Shown piece by piece: positions 11,611-24,402 of a stretch of 63,109 nucleotides of DNA (within the stretch, counting starts at the first letter, position 1; every line of letters starts with the position of its first letter). The stretch lies in the NCBI RefSeq assembly GCF_001194135.2, contig NC_068997.1:33201630-33264738 (forward strand), written 5' to 3'. Source of the DNA: Octopus bimaculoides (lineage: Eukaryota). The translations under genes were made by a program, and so were the position numbers. The notes below the pieces were generated by a model. The model was not told the origin of the DNA and did no database searches. It saw only the letters and a list, made by a program, of their open reading frames with translations.

Positions 11611-11695
11611 CCATCAGTGATGGAGTAGTACTACTGATGAACTTTAATTCCAAGCGAAATTGGCTTGCCAATATAGTGCACTCACTCGCTGTGGG
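11611..11695 (+). ncRNA. Stand-alone type I hammerhead ribozyme with extended stem I
   Basis: Stem I gtacta (11628-33)/tagtgc (11674-79), extended by gagt/actc and agtga/tcgct; core CTGATGA 11634-40; stem II ctt/aag with an A.C closing mismatch; GAAA 11656-59; stem III ttgg-CTTG-ccaa; AUA site, predicted cut 3' of A11673. Confidence 0.7.
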
Positions 11696-12324
11696 GCAGT
11701 TTTCTCTCTGTCAGTACATAGTCCTGTGCTTTTGTGGTTATAAAAGTTTTTTGATTCCTGTTTCTAGTAATATAGGTGCTACCTTGCACCCTCAGTCACT
11801 AATAGCGACGACTGAATTTTTCAATTTTTGTTTTATATTGTGTCTAGCCATCTTAATTATTTTACATATATATATATATGTAAGATTCAGGAATCGAGGT
11901 GTAGGGAGAAAGTTAGCTTCAAGCAATCCGTAGTAAATCTAAAAACAACTTTCAGAGACCAATAGTGGTTTATTGAGACAGAAGGTTGTAGCTTTTTCGT
12001 ATCGAAGTACGATAAACTGAAAAAAGTTCTTTTTATATTTCACGGTAGGCGACCAAGGTTGCCGGATGCGCGAATAAGAATACAAAAGTTAAAAAATGGA
12101 ATACATAAGATCTGGACGCCATGTGTTTCATACCGAGCAGAATCTAAGAAGTGGTAAATATCCAACAGATATGTACATCGCAGGCTACTTTTCAGGACAA
12201 GGATATCGTGGTTAAATGAAATGTCACAAGGAGGTACAAGTTAACACATGGAAGATTCAATCAGAATATGTCTATGTGTGTATGTGTGTATGTGCGTGCG
12301 TGTGTGCCTGTGTGAATGTGTGTG

Positions 12325-12450
<126 letters not shown>

Positions 12451-14072
12451 TATACATATACAAGCATAAATGAAAATACATCCACATATATATGTCATTT
12501 CAACATGGCCGCAGTCAAATGAGTGAAAATCTCAAGACTAGGAGCACAAATATATACTTGCACATGTGATCGTGTATGTGTGTTTGTGTTTGTATATATA
12601 TATGTATGTATGTATATATGTATGTATGTATATTCATACATATGTATCTTACACATATGTATATAAACATATACATATATATATATACATATAGATAAGT
12701 ATATGTAATATATATATATATATATATATANNNNNNNNNNNNNNNNNNNNNNNNNNNNNNNNNNNNNNNNNNNNNNNNNNNNNNNNNNNNNNNNNNNNNN
12801 NNNNNNNNNNNNNNNNNNNNNNNNNNNNNNNNNNNNNNNNNNNNNNNNNNNNNNNNNNNNNNNNNNNNNNNNNNNNNNNNNNNNNNNNNNNNNNNNNNNN
12901 NNNNNNNNNNNNNNNNNNNNNNNNNNNNNNNNNNNNNNNNNNNNNNNNNNNNNNNNNNNNNNNNNNNNNNNNNNNNNNNNNNNNNNNNNNNNNNNNNNNN
13001 NNNNNNNNNNNNNNNNNNNNNNNNNNNNNNNNNNNNNNNNNNNNNNNNNNNNNNNNNNNNNNNNNNNNNNNNNNNNNNNNNNNNNNNNNNNNNNNNNNNN
13101 NNNNNNNNNNNNNNNNNNNNNNNNNNNNNNNNNNNNNNNNNNNNNNNNNNNNNNNNNNNNNNNNNNNNNNNNNNNNNNNNNNNNNNNNNNNNNNNNNNNN
13201 NNNNNNNNNNNNNNNNNNNNNNNNNNNNNNNNNNNNNNNNNNNNNNNNNNNNNNNNNNNNNNNNNNNNNNNNNNNNNNNNNNNNNNNNNNNNNNNNNNNN
13301 NNNNNNNNNNNNNNNNNNNNNNNNNNNNNNNNNNNNNNNNNNNNNNNNNNNNNNNNNNNNNNNNNNNNNNNNNNNNNNNNNNNNNNNNNNNNNNNNNNNN
13401 NNNNNNNNNNNNNNNNNNNNNNNNNNNNNNNNNNNNNNNNNNNNNNNNNNNNNNNNNNNNNNNNNNNNNNNNNNNNNNNNNNNNNNNNNNNNNNNNNNNN
13501 NNNNNNNNNNNNNNNNNNNNNNNNNNNNNNNNNNNNNNNNNNNNNNNNNNNNNNNNNNNNNNNNNNNNNNNNNNNNNNNNNNNNNNNNNNNNNNNNNNNN
13601 NNNNNNNNNNNNNNNNNNNNNNNNNNNNNNNNNNNNNNNNNNNNNNNNNNNNNNNNNNNNNNNNNNNNNNNNNNNNNNNNNNNNNNNNNNNNNNNNNNNN
13701 NNNNNNNNATATATATATATATACATATATAAATACATATATAGATATGTATGTATGTATGTATGTATAAGAATCTTGAAAAACTAATTAACATAAACTG
13801 ATATAGAACTCAATTCTGCCGACAGAAAAATTTGACTTTTCTGATGTCTTATATCCGTTGATATCTACCCGAGTGACAATATATATTTCTCCATAGACGT
13901 CACTTCTCTGTCGCGAGAGAAGACTCGAAAAAAAATCTCAATGTGATAGCTGCTGAACAATTAGTGGATTTCTGTCATTGAAACACTTTTGATTCAGAAC
14001 TAAAATGCAGTGTCTGAATATTTTGCTAATCGATGAATTTCGTTCGTTTGAAAGAGTAATATGCGTGTGTGA

Positions 14073-14108
<36 letters not shown>

Positions 14109-14729
14109 ATTATATTATATATTATATAACGTCTGTCCTTTTGTCTACCTGTTATATAATTCTGTCTCTTGTCCGTCTATGTGTCTTTCTGTTCCACTCC
14201 CGCTCGCTCTCATTTTACGCCTCTCTCTTTCCCACTTTCTCCCCATTTTCCTCTCTCTTTCCCTCTCTCGATCCCTTTCTCTCCCCCCTCTCTCTCTCTC
14301 CCTCTCTCTCTCTCTCTCCCTCTCTCTCTCTCTCTCTCCCTCTCTTGCTCGCTTTACCTCTGTCTCATATCCGACGCGATTTCCTTATTCGTTCGCTGTT
14401 ATTTGTCTCAGTCTTTCACAGAATCCCTTTTATTTTTCTATTTGTTTTTTTAGTTTTTTTTTCTTCTCCATACCCCATGTACCAACCTTCACATCCCTTT
14501 ACCCTTTTCTTCTTCGGTAACCTCCAATTTTCATCGCCTACCCCCAACTTTTTTCTATTAAACCGTTTACCATTATCATCCACCCTTTTTCTCCTCGTTC
14601 TCTCCCGTTTTTAAATGACTCTTCCTCCTTCAAACATCCATCATGTACCCCGATTAAGCTGCCACCTACTGGCGTGCAAAGAGATAAAATGGCTGAAGAG
14701 TAGTTAGTATAAATAGTGGTGGATTAATC

Positions 14730-15032
14730 CACACTGCCATCAATAACTACCACTCCATTCAGTACTACTACCAACACACATGACCACTACTAGGCATTAC
14801 ATCACCACCCCCGCTCTAGAAAATGCCCTCACCCCCCACCTTCCACTTTAGAGGCCAATATTTTGCACCATTTCCACTTGGCACAACTACGTTCATTACT
14901 TGCTAATAATACCCCTACCATCACAGCCACCATTTCGCACCACTAAACACTTGTATCTTCACCACCACCGCCACCACTCAGCCCACACCGTACAGGCACC
15001 ACCACCACCACTATCACCATCATCATTAACAT

Positions 15033-15067
<35 letters not shown>

Positions 15068-16053
15068 CCCCCACCACCATCACCTCCAATGCTTCCCCCG
15101 CCATTTACACCACACCACTACCACTCCTATCACCACCAACACAACTAGACCACAACCATCACCNNNNNNNNNNNNNNNNNNNNNNNNNNNNNNNNNNNNN
15201 NNNNNNNNNNNNNNNNNNNNNNNNNNNNNNNNNNNNNNNNNNNNNNNNNNNNNNNNNNNNNNNNNNNNNNNNNNNNNNNNNNNNNNNNNNNNNNNNNNNN
15301 NNNNNNNNNNNNNNNNNNNNNNNNNNNNNNNNNNNNNNNNNNNNNNNNNNNNNNNNNNNNNNNNNNNNNNNNNNNNNNNNNNNNNNNNNNNNNNNNNNNN
15401 NNNNNNNNNNNNNNNNNNNNNNNNNNNNNNNNNNNNNNNNNNNNNNNNNNNNNNNNNNNNNNNNNNNNNNNNNNNNNNNNNNNNNNNNNNNNNNNNNNNN
15501 NNNNNNNNNNNNNNNNNNNNNNNNNNNNNNNNNNNNNNNNNNNNNNNNNNNNNNNNNNNNNNNNNNNNNNNNNNNNNNNNNNNNNNNNNNNNNNNNNNNN
15601 NNNNNNNNNNNNNNNNNNNNNNNNNNNNNNNNNNNNNNNNNNNNNNNNNNNNNNNNNNNNNNNNNNNNNNNNNNNNNNNNNNNNNNNNNNNNNNNNNNNN
15701 NNNNNNNNNNNNNNNNNNNNNNNNNNNNNNNNNNNNNNNNNNNNNNNNNNNNNNNNNNNNNNNNNNNNNNNNNNNNNNNNNNNNNNNNNNNNNNNNNNNN
15801 NNNNNNNNNNNNNNNNNNNNNNNNNNNNNNNNNNNNNNNNNNNNNNNNNNNNNNNNNNNNNNNNNNNNNNNNNNNNNNNNNNNNNNNNNNNNNNNNNNNN
15901 NNNNNNNNNNNNNNNNNNNNNNNNNNNNNNNNNGTTTTGGTGTATAAAGTACAAGTGGTCGGCGTAGTGTAGGGGTAGAGGTTAATGGTGAGAATGTCTC
16001 CAGTGATGAAAGGAGGTGATGAAATTTGTGTAAAAAGGGGCTGGAATGGATAC

Positions 16054-16086
<33 letters not shown>

Positions 16087-17520
16087 GAACGACGACGACG
16101 ACGACGATGACGATGATGATGATGATGATTGTGGTGGCGGTGGAGGCAGTGGTGGTGGTAGTAGTGGTGGTGGTTTTTGGTGGCGATGGTGGTGGTGGTG
16201 GTGAAGGTGGTGGTGGTGATTGATGGCGTTTGATGTTGATGATGATGACAATGACGATGATGATGGTGATGATGATGGTGATAGTGATAGCGATAGTGGT
16301 GGCGGTAATGTTGGGGTAGTTGATACAAGGTGACGCTGGGTGGTTGGGCAAGTTTATATCAGAAGAGGGCTGGAGGTGGATGCTGGGAGGTAGTTTATGG
16401 TTGGTGGTCGTGACAGCGGCGACGGCGGCATCGATGTCAGTGTGGGCCGTGGCATTGAGTGGGGTGATATTGGCGGGTAATTGTGATGGAACCTGGCTGG
16501 TGGCGGCGGCGTGCTACTGCTGCTGTTGATGGTAGTGATGGTACTTCAAGGCTAATTTATGTAAGATGAAGGATGTGACTGATTTTTCCTAAAAGGTATT
16601 TAACACCGTCGATGTAGAATAATATCAACGCCAACAACAACACCAACAACAAATGCAATAACAACAGCAACGAACTCTTACCAGGAGGAAGCGTGATGGG
16701 ATTGGGTCGAGCCTTGCCATCCGGCGATTACTTACATGCCTAGGGCTACACAGAAACAACAGCAAGGCCAACGATTTGAATGCCTCTGCGTTGGGTCTCG
16801 AACTGCTATAATAACAACCAAATTTCCTTCAAATCATGCTTACAGTTTTTAAAGTAAGATTTTCCAAAGATACCCCAATCGACGGTATGGTCATAACTGG
16901 AATACTTTTGAATATAGGTCTACTTCTTTATTACTGATCTGGGGATAAACAACATCACGACTAAGAAAAACTTGATTAGGATTATCACAAACAACAACAG
17001 CCGCAGCAGCAGCAATATTACTACATGCAATAACAACAGTAAAAAAACAACAACATTGTAAATTGAAAAAGATAAAAAGACACCAGCTGCAACATCTGGA
17101 AAAGCATGAATAAAAAAAAACAACAGCAAGAAAGTAACAAAAGCAATAACGAAGACAACAGCAACAAGAACAACAACAACAGCAGCAGCAGCAGCAGCAG
17201 CAGTAGCAGTAGCAGTAAGGATATGCAACAATATACTACACACCAAAAACAAAATCTACAAAACTAATGCAGCAACATCATCATCAACATCAACATCAAC
17301 AGCGTAATAAAGAAAAACATTAACAGCAAACAGTGCTAGCAGCAGCTATAATAACAACAACAGTAACAGCAGCAGCAGCGGCAACAACAACAACGTCATT
17401 AACGACAACAACAATAACTGAAGCAACCACTACAACAATATAATCAAGAAAAACGTTGACAGCAACACTGATAGTGGCAGCTGTAACAACAACAACAACA
17501 ACAGTAGCAGCTGCAACATT
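14730..17520. repeat. Trinucleotide low-complexity field (CAC/CAT, GTG/GAT, CAA/CAG)
   Basis: Seen directly. It produces spurious poly-H/T/I/Q/A ORFs. Similar tracts at 21840-22140, 24250-24540, 34600-34800 and 35500-35710. Confidence 0.9.
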
Positions 17521-18304
17521 GGGATTTGAAAAAAATTAAAGAATCGAATGAAAGAAGTGAATAATATAAAAGAAAAAAAGTTTTGTTTGGGTTGATTTTT
17601 GTTTTAGCTTTTGTTTTGTTTTGGTTTTTTTTTTGCCCTTCAATTTCGGTGATTGAATTAGTTGAGTCGTCTCATCCCAATAAAATTTATCGATTACTTC
17701 AAGCTGTATTATCGTTAGCAATCAGTCTCCGAGTTGCATTTGCCCAAATATCTGCGAAAACTAATTTGCCGCCATGAAAACGCTATTTTTCAATAAAAGC
17801 AGACGACATGTTGAATAGAGAGCTCCTTCAATTACATATATCAAACTGGCCAAGCTACTTTGGATAACAATTGTAGGGAAATTATTCTTATTAACAACGG
17901 TGACACGACACCAGACAGTTTTCTATGTTCTGTCGGATGGGATGGTGGTGCGGTTATTATATTACGAAACTCTTGGATCGAGTCTTACTGACTCTAAGTC
18001 TTTGCTTTTCATCTCCTGTATCTCTTGCCATCGCCCTCTCATTCCAATTACTATTTGTCTCTTTTGTAATTGGTCTAATGTACAAATAGTTACGCTCGCG
18101 CACGCACGCACGCATACACATACACACACGCATACACACACACACGTTCATGCACACACACACATCCCCCACACACACTTACTCACACGCACACAAACAC
18201 TCGATTATGTGCCCAGAAGAATTAGCAAGCGTTAATAATTTACATTTTCCTACTCATTGATTAAGAAAAACTTAACGTGGTTGGAGGAGGGGGCGACGCT
18301 AAAT

Positions 18305-18642
18305 TGGTGTCTTAGCAGACTTCTCGCCATACTTGTTGGATACGATTACAAGGGAAAGGGCGATTAATCTGGCACACACATACATACACACACATGCATA
18401 CGCACATACATATATGCATGCATGCATACATACATAGGTACACGCACACATGCATGCATATATACACATATATATATATATATACATACATATATATGTG
18501 TGTGCATGTATATATGCATGTATGCATGTACCTATGTATGCATGCATATATGTATGTGTGTATGCATGTGTGTACCAGATTAATCACTCTTTCCCTTGTA
18601 ATCGCATCCAACAAGCATGACAAGAAGTCTGCTAAAACATCA
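18305..18642. repeat. ~340-bp near-perfect palindrome (inverted duplication) whose arms include both unique and microsatellite sequence
   Basis: ggtgtcttagcagacttctcgccatacttgttggatacgattacaagggaaagggcgattaatctggcacac versus the reverse complement of 18570-18642. The internal landmark ataggtaca/tgtacctat is also mirrored. Confidence 0.85.
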
Positions 18643-18976
18643 TATATATTATACATTCGTGCATGCAAGTAGTTTATCTCGGATCAACCTTTATCCTAGC
18701 TCTCGTTTTGAAATTTGTCTTTACAATCCAGTTCAAGAAATATGTACAAACTAACTGATGGACAAAGAGGATAGAAAAGTAACTAAAACACCTAAATGTG
18801 ACAACTCTTGCAAACTCAGTGAATCTGGAACCGAAGATGTGACTCACATCATAAGCAGCAGTCGAAAACTGTCTCTACGATATACTATGATACTATCTAC
18901 CTGTTTGTTAGATATAATGTCGTGACGGAAACATTATATAACACAATTCCAGTTGGTCAAAATATGAGAAATTATA

Positions 18977-20205
18977 TTAAGTTGGCAACTAAGTTCCCGC
19001 CGTTTTTTTAAATTAAAAAATAACAACTAATTAATCAATAATGTATTCACCCTTGTTTACAACTTCTTCCCAACGTTCAACAAGATTTTCAATACCTCGT
19101 TGGTAGAAATCACCCGATTTCGACTCGAAAAATTGATCCAACCAAGTTCTCAATTCTGCATCAGGATTGAACGAAACTCTGCGCATAGCATTTGAAAGAG
19201 ATCGAAAGAGGTGGAAATCCGTTGGTGCCAAATCAGGACAGTAGGGTTGGTGTGGCAGCACTTCCCAGCCATGCGTTTGAATGGCTTCCTTGGTCATATT
19301 GGCAATATGAGGGCGGGCGTTGTCGTGCAGCAAAAGAACTCCATGCTGCCGATTAAGTCTTTTCTCTTGAATAGCCGTGTTGAGTCGTTCCATCTGTTGA
19401 ACATGGAGTTCCGCGTTGACCGTTTGGTTCCGTTCAAGCAATTCGTAATGGATAATCCCTTCCTAGTCCCACCATACGCACAATATCGCTTTAAGCGGAT
19501 GAAGATATTGTTTCACGCGTGGTGTCGCTTGTTTACGCTGCTTCATATTGATGTACAGGCACCATTTTTCGTCGCCAGTAACAATTCGGTAATGAAATCG
19601 TTACTAGTGTCCATGAGTTGAGCAGTGACGAGCAAGCAAACCAGCGGAGATTGTGGCTCGTTGATTTTTGCTGTTGTCACTTAAAGCATGCGGAACCCAT
19701 GCTCCATACTTCTGAACCTTTCCTATCGAGTGAAGATGCTTCTCTATAGCAGTGTAGGAGCATTTCTCTGCCAGTTCCCTTGATGTTTGACGAGAAATTT
19801 CGTGCAAAAGTTGGTTTAATCGCTCTTCATCGAACTCAACTGAACGGCCAGAACGAGGTGCGTCTTTGAGGTCAAAATTGCCATTTTTGAACTTGACATA
19901 CCAATCACGAGTGGTTCTTTCAGCTATGGCACCCTCTCCATACACAGCACAAATGTCGCGAGCAGCCTTTGCGGCCTTAGAACCTTGATTAAAAGCAAAA
20001 AGAAGGAGGTGTCGAAAATGCTCGTTTCCATTTTAATGATCTAAAAATAAACAAAAATTAACTAAAATTAACTAGAAAAAAAAAACAAAATAGATTCCAA
20101 AATGATTCAAAAATAGAATTCTCGAAAAAAACAGATTCCAAAATTTAAAAACGCAATGAATTCCAAAATTAAGAAAAAACGGCGGGAGCTTAGTTGCCAA
20201 CCCAA
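18977..20205 (-). mobile_element. Near full-length mariner transposon (1.23 kb) with TA target duplication
   Basis: TIRs ttaagttggcaactaagttcccgccgtttttt and aaaaaacggcgggagcttagttgccaacccaa, each flanked by TA. Confidence 0.95.
19031..20030 (-). pseudogene. Mariner D,D34D transposase pseudogene
   Basis: EHFRHLLLFAF, HTH region, WVPHAL, VTGDEKW, LLHDNARPH and PYCPDLAPTDFHLF. Frameshifts, an internal deletion and a stop (WWD*EG). Confidence 0.93.
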
Positions 20206-20554
20206 TAAATATATAGAAGTTATACTCTTGGGTCGTGTGAAATAATGCTCGTGGGTGGTTTTATTAAAAGTCTCTGTAAAATGAAGGTTTAACCGAACAG
20301 ATATCATTATCTGGGACCGAGAAAATAAACTGTACATGCTTGTAGAAATCCGTTATCCAACAAATGTTAACATAATGTTAAAGGATCGGAAAAGAAAACA
20401 TCTGTAGCGAACTAATGAGAATACAACAGACACAGCTAATTAAGCAATTGCTTGAAGGATACTGTAAAAATAGTAAAACATTCCAGATGTTTTGGTCTGT
20501 GGCGAATACAAATGCACATGTGTAGATATACACGTTCTGCTGCTATTTATATTC

Positions 20555-20790
20555 GCAGGCGTGGTTGTGTGGTAAAAAGGTAGCTTCCCAACCACATGTT
20601 TGTCCAAAGTTCTGTCCCACCGCATGGCACCTTGAACAAGTGTCTTCTACTATAGCCCCGACCGACGAAAGCCTTTTGAATGGATTTGGTAGACGGAAAC
20701 TGAAAGTAGCCCGTTGTATATATGTACATGTGTGTCTGTATATGATAAAAGATATACAGACGAGCATATAAACGTGTGTGTGTGTGTGTC
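20555..20790 (+). mobile_element. SINE family A, 5' half
   Basis: Aligns to the 11044 copy through to the internal microsatellite. Confidence 0.85.
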
Positions 20791-21042
20791 TGTGTGTGTG
20801 TGTGTGAAAACATCCAGATCCACTCTTGCAATAATATTTACGCACATACATATGGATGCAAATGTACACATAAAAGACCAGGAAATAAGTGTTATATGAA
20901 ACCATTGTGATTCCATTGACCATGGTGGTTACTGTAGAAGCGAACTCCTACTACTCGTTATGGACTGAGTGCGGTAAATATTTTTTGTTTCATGTATATT
21001 ACTAAAATTCTCACAAGTGACATCAATATCCAAACGTCCACA

Positions 21043-21258
21043 AGGCGTCGAGCTGGCACAATCGTTAGCACGCAGTGCAAGATGATTAGCGGCATTTCGT
21101 CTATCTTTACGTTCTGAGTTCAAATTCCGACGACGTCGACTTTGCCTTTCATCCTTTCGGGGATGATTAAATAAGTACCAGTTGAGCACTGGGGACGATG
21201 TAATCGATTTTCTCCTCCCTTACATTGCTAGCATTGTGCCATAATTTGAAACCAATAT
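21043..21258 (+). mobile_element. SINE family B (tRNA-derived)
   Basis: aggcgtcgagctggcacaatcgttagcac...gagttcaaattcc (B-box-like)...gtcgactttgcctttcatcctttcgggg...aaatttgaaacca. Multiple copies in the window. Confidence 0.88.
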
Positions 21259-22149
21259 TCAAACGTTCTATATCTGTTAACTTTGACTATTGACGAGATC
21301 TCTATGGCATCGAGAAGCTTTAAGCAAGTTTAATATTACTTATTAGAATTCCGTTCATATCTATGATGGATCATAGGAAATTTAAACCGACCCCAAACCC
21401 GTATTTTATTTTCTTGACAATGACACGTCAAAACGGAACGTTGACCTCCGACGGATTTGAACTCAAGACGCAGGAGTTCGTAACTCAATTGCACAGGCAG
21501 TTTGTTTGATATTCTGATTCTTGTGCCCAATCCACTGCGGCCCAGTTTAACTTACTCGTTGAAGCTCTTTCCTTTTATATTTTTTTTCTGATAGTTTTGT
21601 CAAAGGCATGAAAATTACAAATTCTATTTATATTTCTTTTAGTATGAAAATAATATCGAGCATATTGTTGCAGTTACAAGAAAGACAATATATATTTCGC
21701 CACGGAACATTCCAAGAATTAAACTCGCACATATTCGTGAACATTGCTACTACATCTTCTAACATTTTGGACAGAGTACAAACTGGTCGTAATTAATGGT
21801 TTGTACACGATAATTGAGTAATTAATCAAATTATCTATTACACTAGTGTTGCTAACAGATGTCGAAATACTTGACAGCAGTGACAGAAGCAGACAGCAGC
21901 AATAGCTTCAACTACTGCAACATGAACAGAACAGCTGCCTGCAACTACTGCAGAAATAGCATGCAGCAGAATGAGGAACAGAAGCAGCAATAACTGCTGC
22001 AACAATAGCAACAGCAGAAATAGCAGCATCAGGAGCAACATCAGAGAATGACGAGACAACAAGAACAACTACAAGAGAATCATCAGTGACAACAGAATGA
22101 ACAGCAAAACCAAAATCAACAGCGACAACAACTACAAACTAATGAGGGA

Positions 22150-22515
22150 GCTTACATTCAGTTGCTTAACTTGATATAAATAGCAGCTAAATCTCGTTCA
22201 ACTCACAACCTAATTCTTTAAAAAGAGAACGATACACTGAGCAAGATGGAATAATCACAGCTAAAATGCTTTCGATTATAATTCTGTTCGATTAGGGTTG
22301 ACCATGGGCTAAACAGCAACGCGTAGAGGGAGTCTCTATATGTCTCTCGAACTGCTAGAAGTAGAAACTAAATCAAATCTATCACCTAAGAAGGATACAC
22401 TAGATAATGTATCTTTGAATACAATATGTCTCACAAATATACAAGAAGATTTAAGTCTAGAAGAGTTTTGATCAAAGGTTTATTCAATCAAGACTGGCCT
22501 CGGTTAAACAACAAA
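22150..22515 (+). repeat. Head-to-tail dimer of an unclassified ~180-bp dispersed repeat
   Basis: Two diverged units, each with a (g)ctagaa(a/g)tag...ctaaatc...gatacact motif and ending ggctaaacagcaac / ggttaaacaacaaa. Related pieces at ~32260-32380, ~35160-35400, ~39258-39290 and ~41130-41170. Confidence 0.5.
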
Positions 22516-22779
22516 AGGAACTGCTGAAGTATAATACATCGCATGAATTGTATGCTTATCTACCTAAGCGACCTCATTTAGTTTTCTATACATTGTATGT
22601 GTATGAATGTGTTTATGCGTGTATGCGGCGGCTTTATGTGTGTCTCTAACTCCTCTTAGTGCGCTATGAATTGTGTTTCCTTCTGTATGTGTCACTGTCT
22701 CAATGAGGACAAACGATATGCTTCTGAATGGTAGATATAAATTCTAATGAGCCACTCTGAACAATTCCTCGTCAGACAC

Positions 22780-23390
22780 TGTAAAAGAGTAGTGGCGAGC
22801 TGTGATTCGGAGTGTGTCTAAAACCATCCATCGTGCTCTGAAAAGTCAATGATAGCTAGTAAAGCTCGAGATACCTAAATAGATACAAACAAGCGTGACA
22901 TGCGCACATTTCAAGAAGATATAAAGACTTTCTATGACGACCCACCCCCACCCCAGGAATTTCTGTATGGTATCAATTAGCCAATAGATGGCACATCTCC
23001 ACTAAAAGACCAATCAGTAATAGTGGAACGTTGGGAAGAACACTTCAAGCAGCTCCCAAACAAGCCTAAGCAAGTGGATACGGAAGTTATGGAAGCGTTT
23101 TGTGGAATGCCCATCGTCCACTGCCTTGACGGACCTCCGACTTTCACTGAAGTTAATGCAGCCGAGAAGCTCTTTTGATCGAACAGTATTGCAGAAGTGA
23201 TCTTTAACGAAGAAGGTTGTCACTACACAAAAACACTACATCGATTGGAACCATGAGTGTATACCCCAGCATTGGATGAATGCTAATATCATTACCAACC
23301 TCACAAGAGCAAAGGAGACAAATCTGTTTGCAGCAACATATAACAAGGAAGGTTCTGGTGAAGGTCACGCTCAAAAGACATAGCCGACAA
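22780..23390 (+). mobile_element. RTE-clade LINE fragment (EN-RT linker and RT start), heavily decayed
   Basis: DGTSPLKDQSVIVERWEEHFKQLPNKP, LDGPPTFTEV, WNHECIPQHWMNANII and KGDKSVCSN match RTE motifs across frameshifts. Confidence 0.7.
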
Positions 23391-23480
23391 GATCATCGCT
23401 ACAATACAATACATGATCTTCGTTACATGAGCATGATGGATAGACTTAGGGTTGGGGTAAAGAAATTTGTGTGTGTGTAC

Positions 23481-23512
<32 letters not shown>

Positions 23513-23559
23513 GTGTTTTCACGCGATATAAACAACATGGCGGAATGGACAACTGACAA

Positions 23560-23950
23560 GCTTATGATATCCATGCAACCCAGGAGCAAAAACCCTCCTA
23601 TGATATCTACTGAGTAAAAGAAAAGAAATTATCCAACTAACGACAGGCGTAGACTATAGAAAATCAAAACTGAAGGCTTTAATCATATTGTTTCTAATTG
23701 TGAAAGAATGACAACTAGATACTAACTTACCATGCGACATGAAGTGCTAGCCACAATATTCTGGGATAGACTGAGATAAGGTCAAATAAACGCAAATATA
23801 TGAAAACCAAAGGATTATGAGAATATCGGTGAAACCTAAGAACAAAAACAGCATCCAAATTAAAAGACAAACGACCAGATATTATTGTCTGGGACTAGAA
23901 AATGTAAATATGCTAATGGATGGATTATTCGTGAGAAATCCTCAAATACA
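23560..23950 (+). mobile_element. R4/Dong-type RLE LINE 3' remnant
   Basis: ATQEQ, NHIVSNCERMTTRY*LTMRHEVLA and TASKLKDKRPDIIVWD. Confidence 0.65.
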
Positions 23951-23999
23951 GTACTAAAATACATTTTCATCGTTATACCTATTATTACTGGAGTGGCAT

Positions 24000-24120
24000 G
24001 ATTTGCTTACATCCCCGTAACTAAGCGGTTGGGAAGAAGAGATCGATAGAATAAGTACCTGGCGTGGAGAAAAATAAATACTAAGGCTAAATTCGATCGA
24101 CTAAAACTGCTCGGATCACC
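24000..24120 (+). mobile_element. SINE family A, degenerate 3' fragment
   Basis: catccccgtaactaagcggtt...gatcgatagaataagtacc matches the family A body. Confidence 0.6.
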
Positions 24121-24370
24121 GTAAGTTTGAAATACATACATAGAGGTACACGCATACATACATGCATACGTACATACATACATACGTACATACATACATA
24201 CATATATGCATGCATGCATACATACATACATACATACATGCATGCATACAGAGCAAGTCTACAAGAGGAACAGGAGTGATACAACTCGAAGACTAACAAC
24301 GCCATCAGCAACTACAACAGCCAAACAGCAGCAATAACAACAGGAACAGCAACAACATCAACAGCAAGTT

Positions 24371-24402
<32 letters not shown>

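Larger units (their letters stand above)
18690..20430 (+). mobile_element. R4/Dong-type RLE non-LTR retrotransposon 3' remnant, interrupted by a mariner insertion
   Basis: PKCDNSCKL..TEDVTHIISSSRKLSLRY..LPV before the mariner; FNRTDIIIWDRENKLYMLVEIRYPTNVNI (PD..D/E-type nuclease region) after it. Confidence 0.7.

Noticed and set aside
11637-11933. 98-aa ORF overlapping the hammerhead
   Set aside because: No recognisable domain, runs into TA repeats, and the RNA fold explains the sequence better.
12097-12216. Small ORF MEYIRSGRHVFHTEQNLRSG...
   Set aside because: 39 codons with no homology or splice support; compatible with chance.
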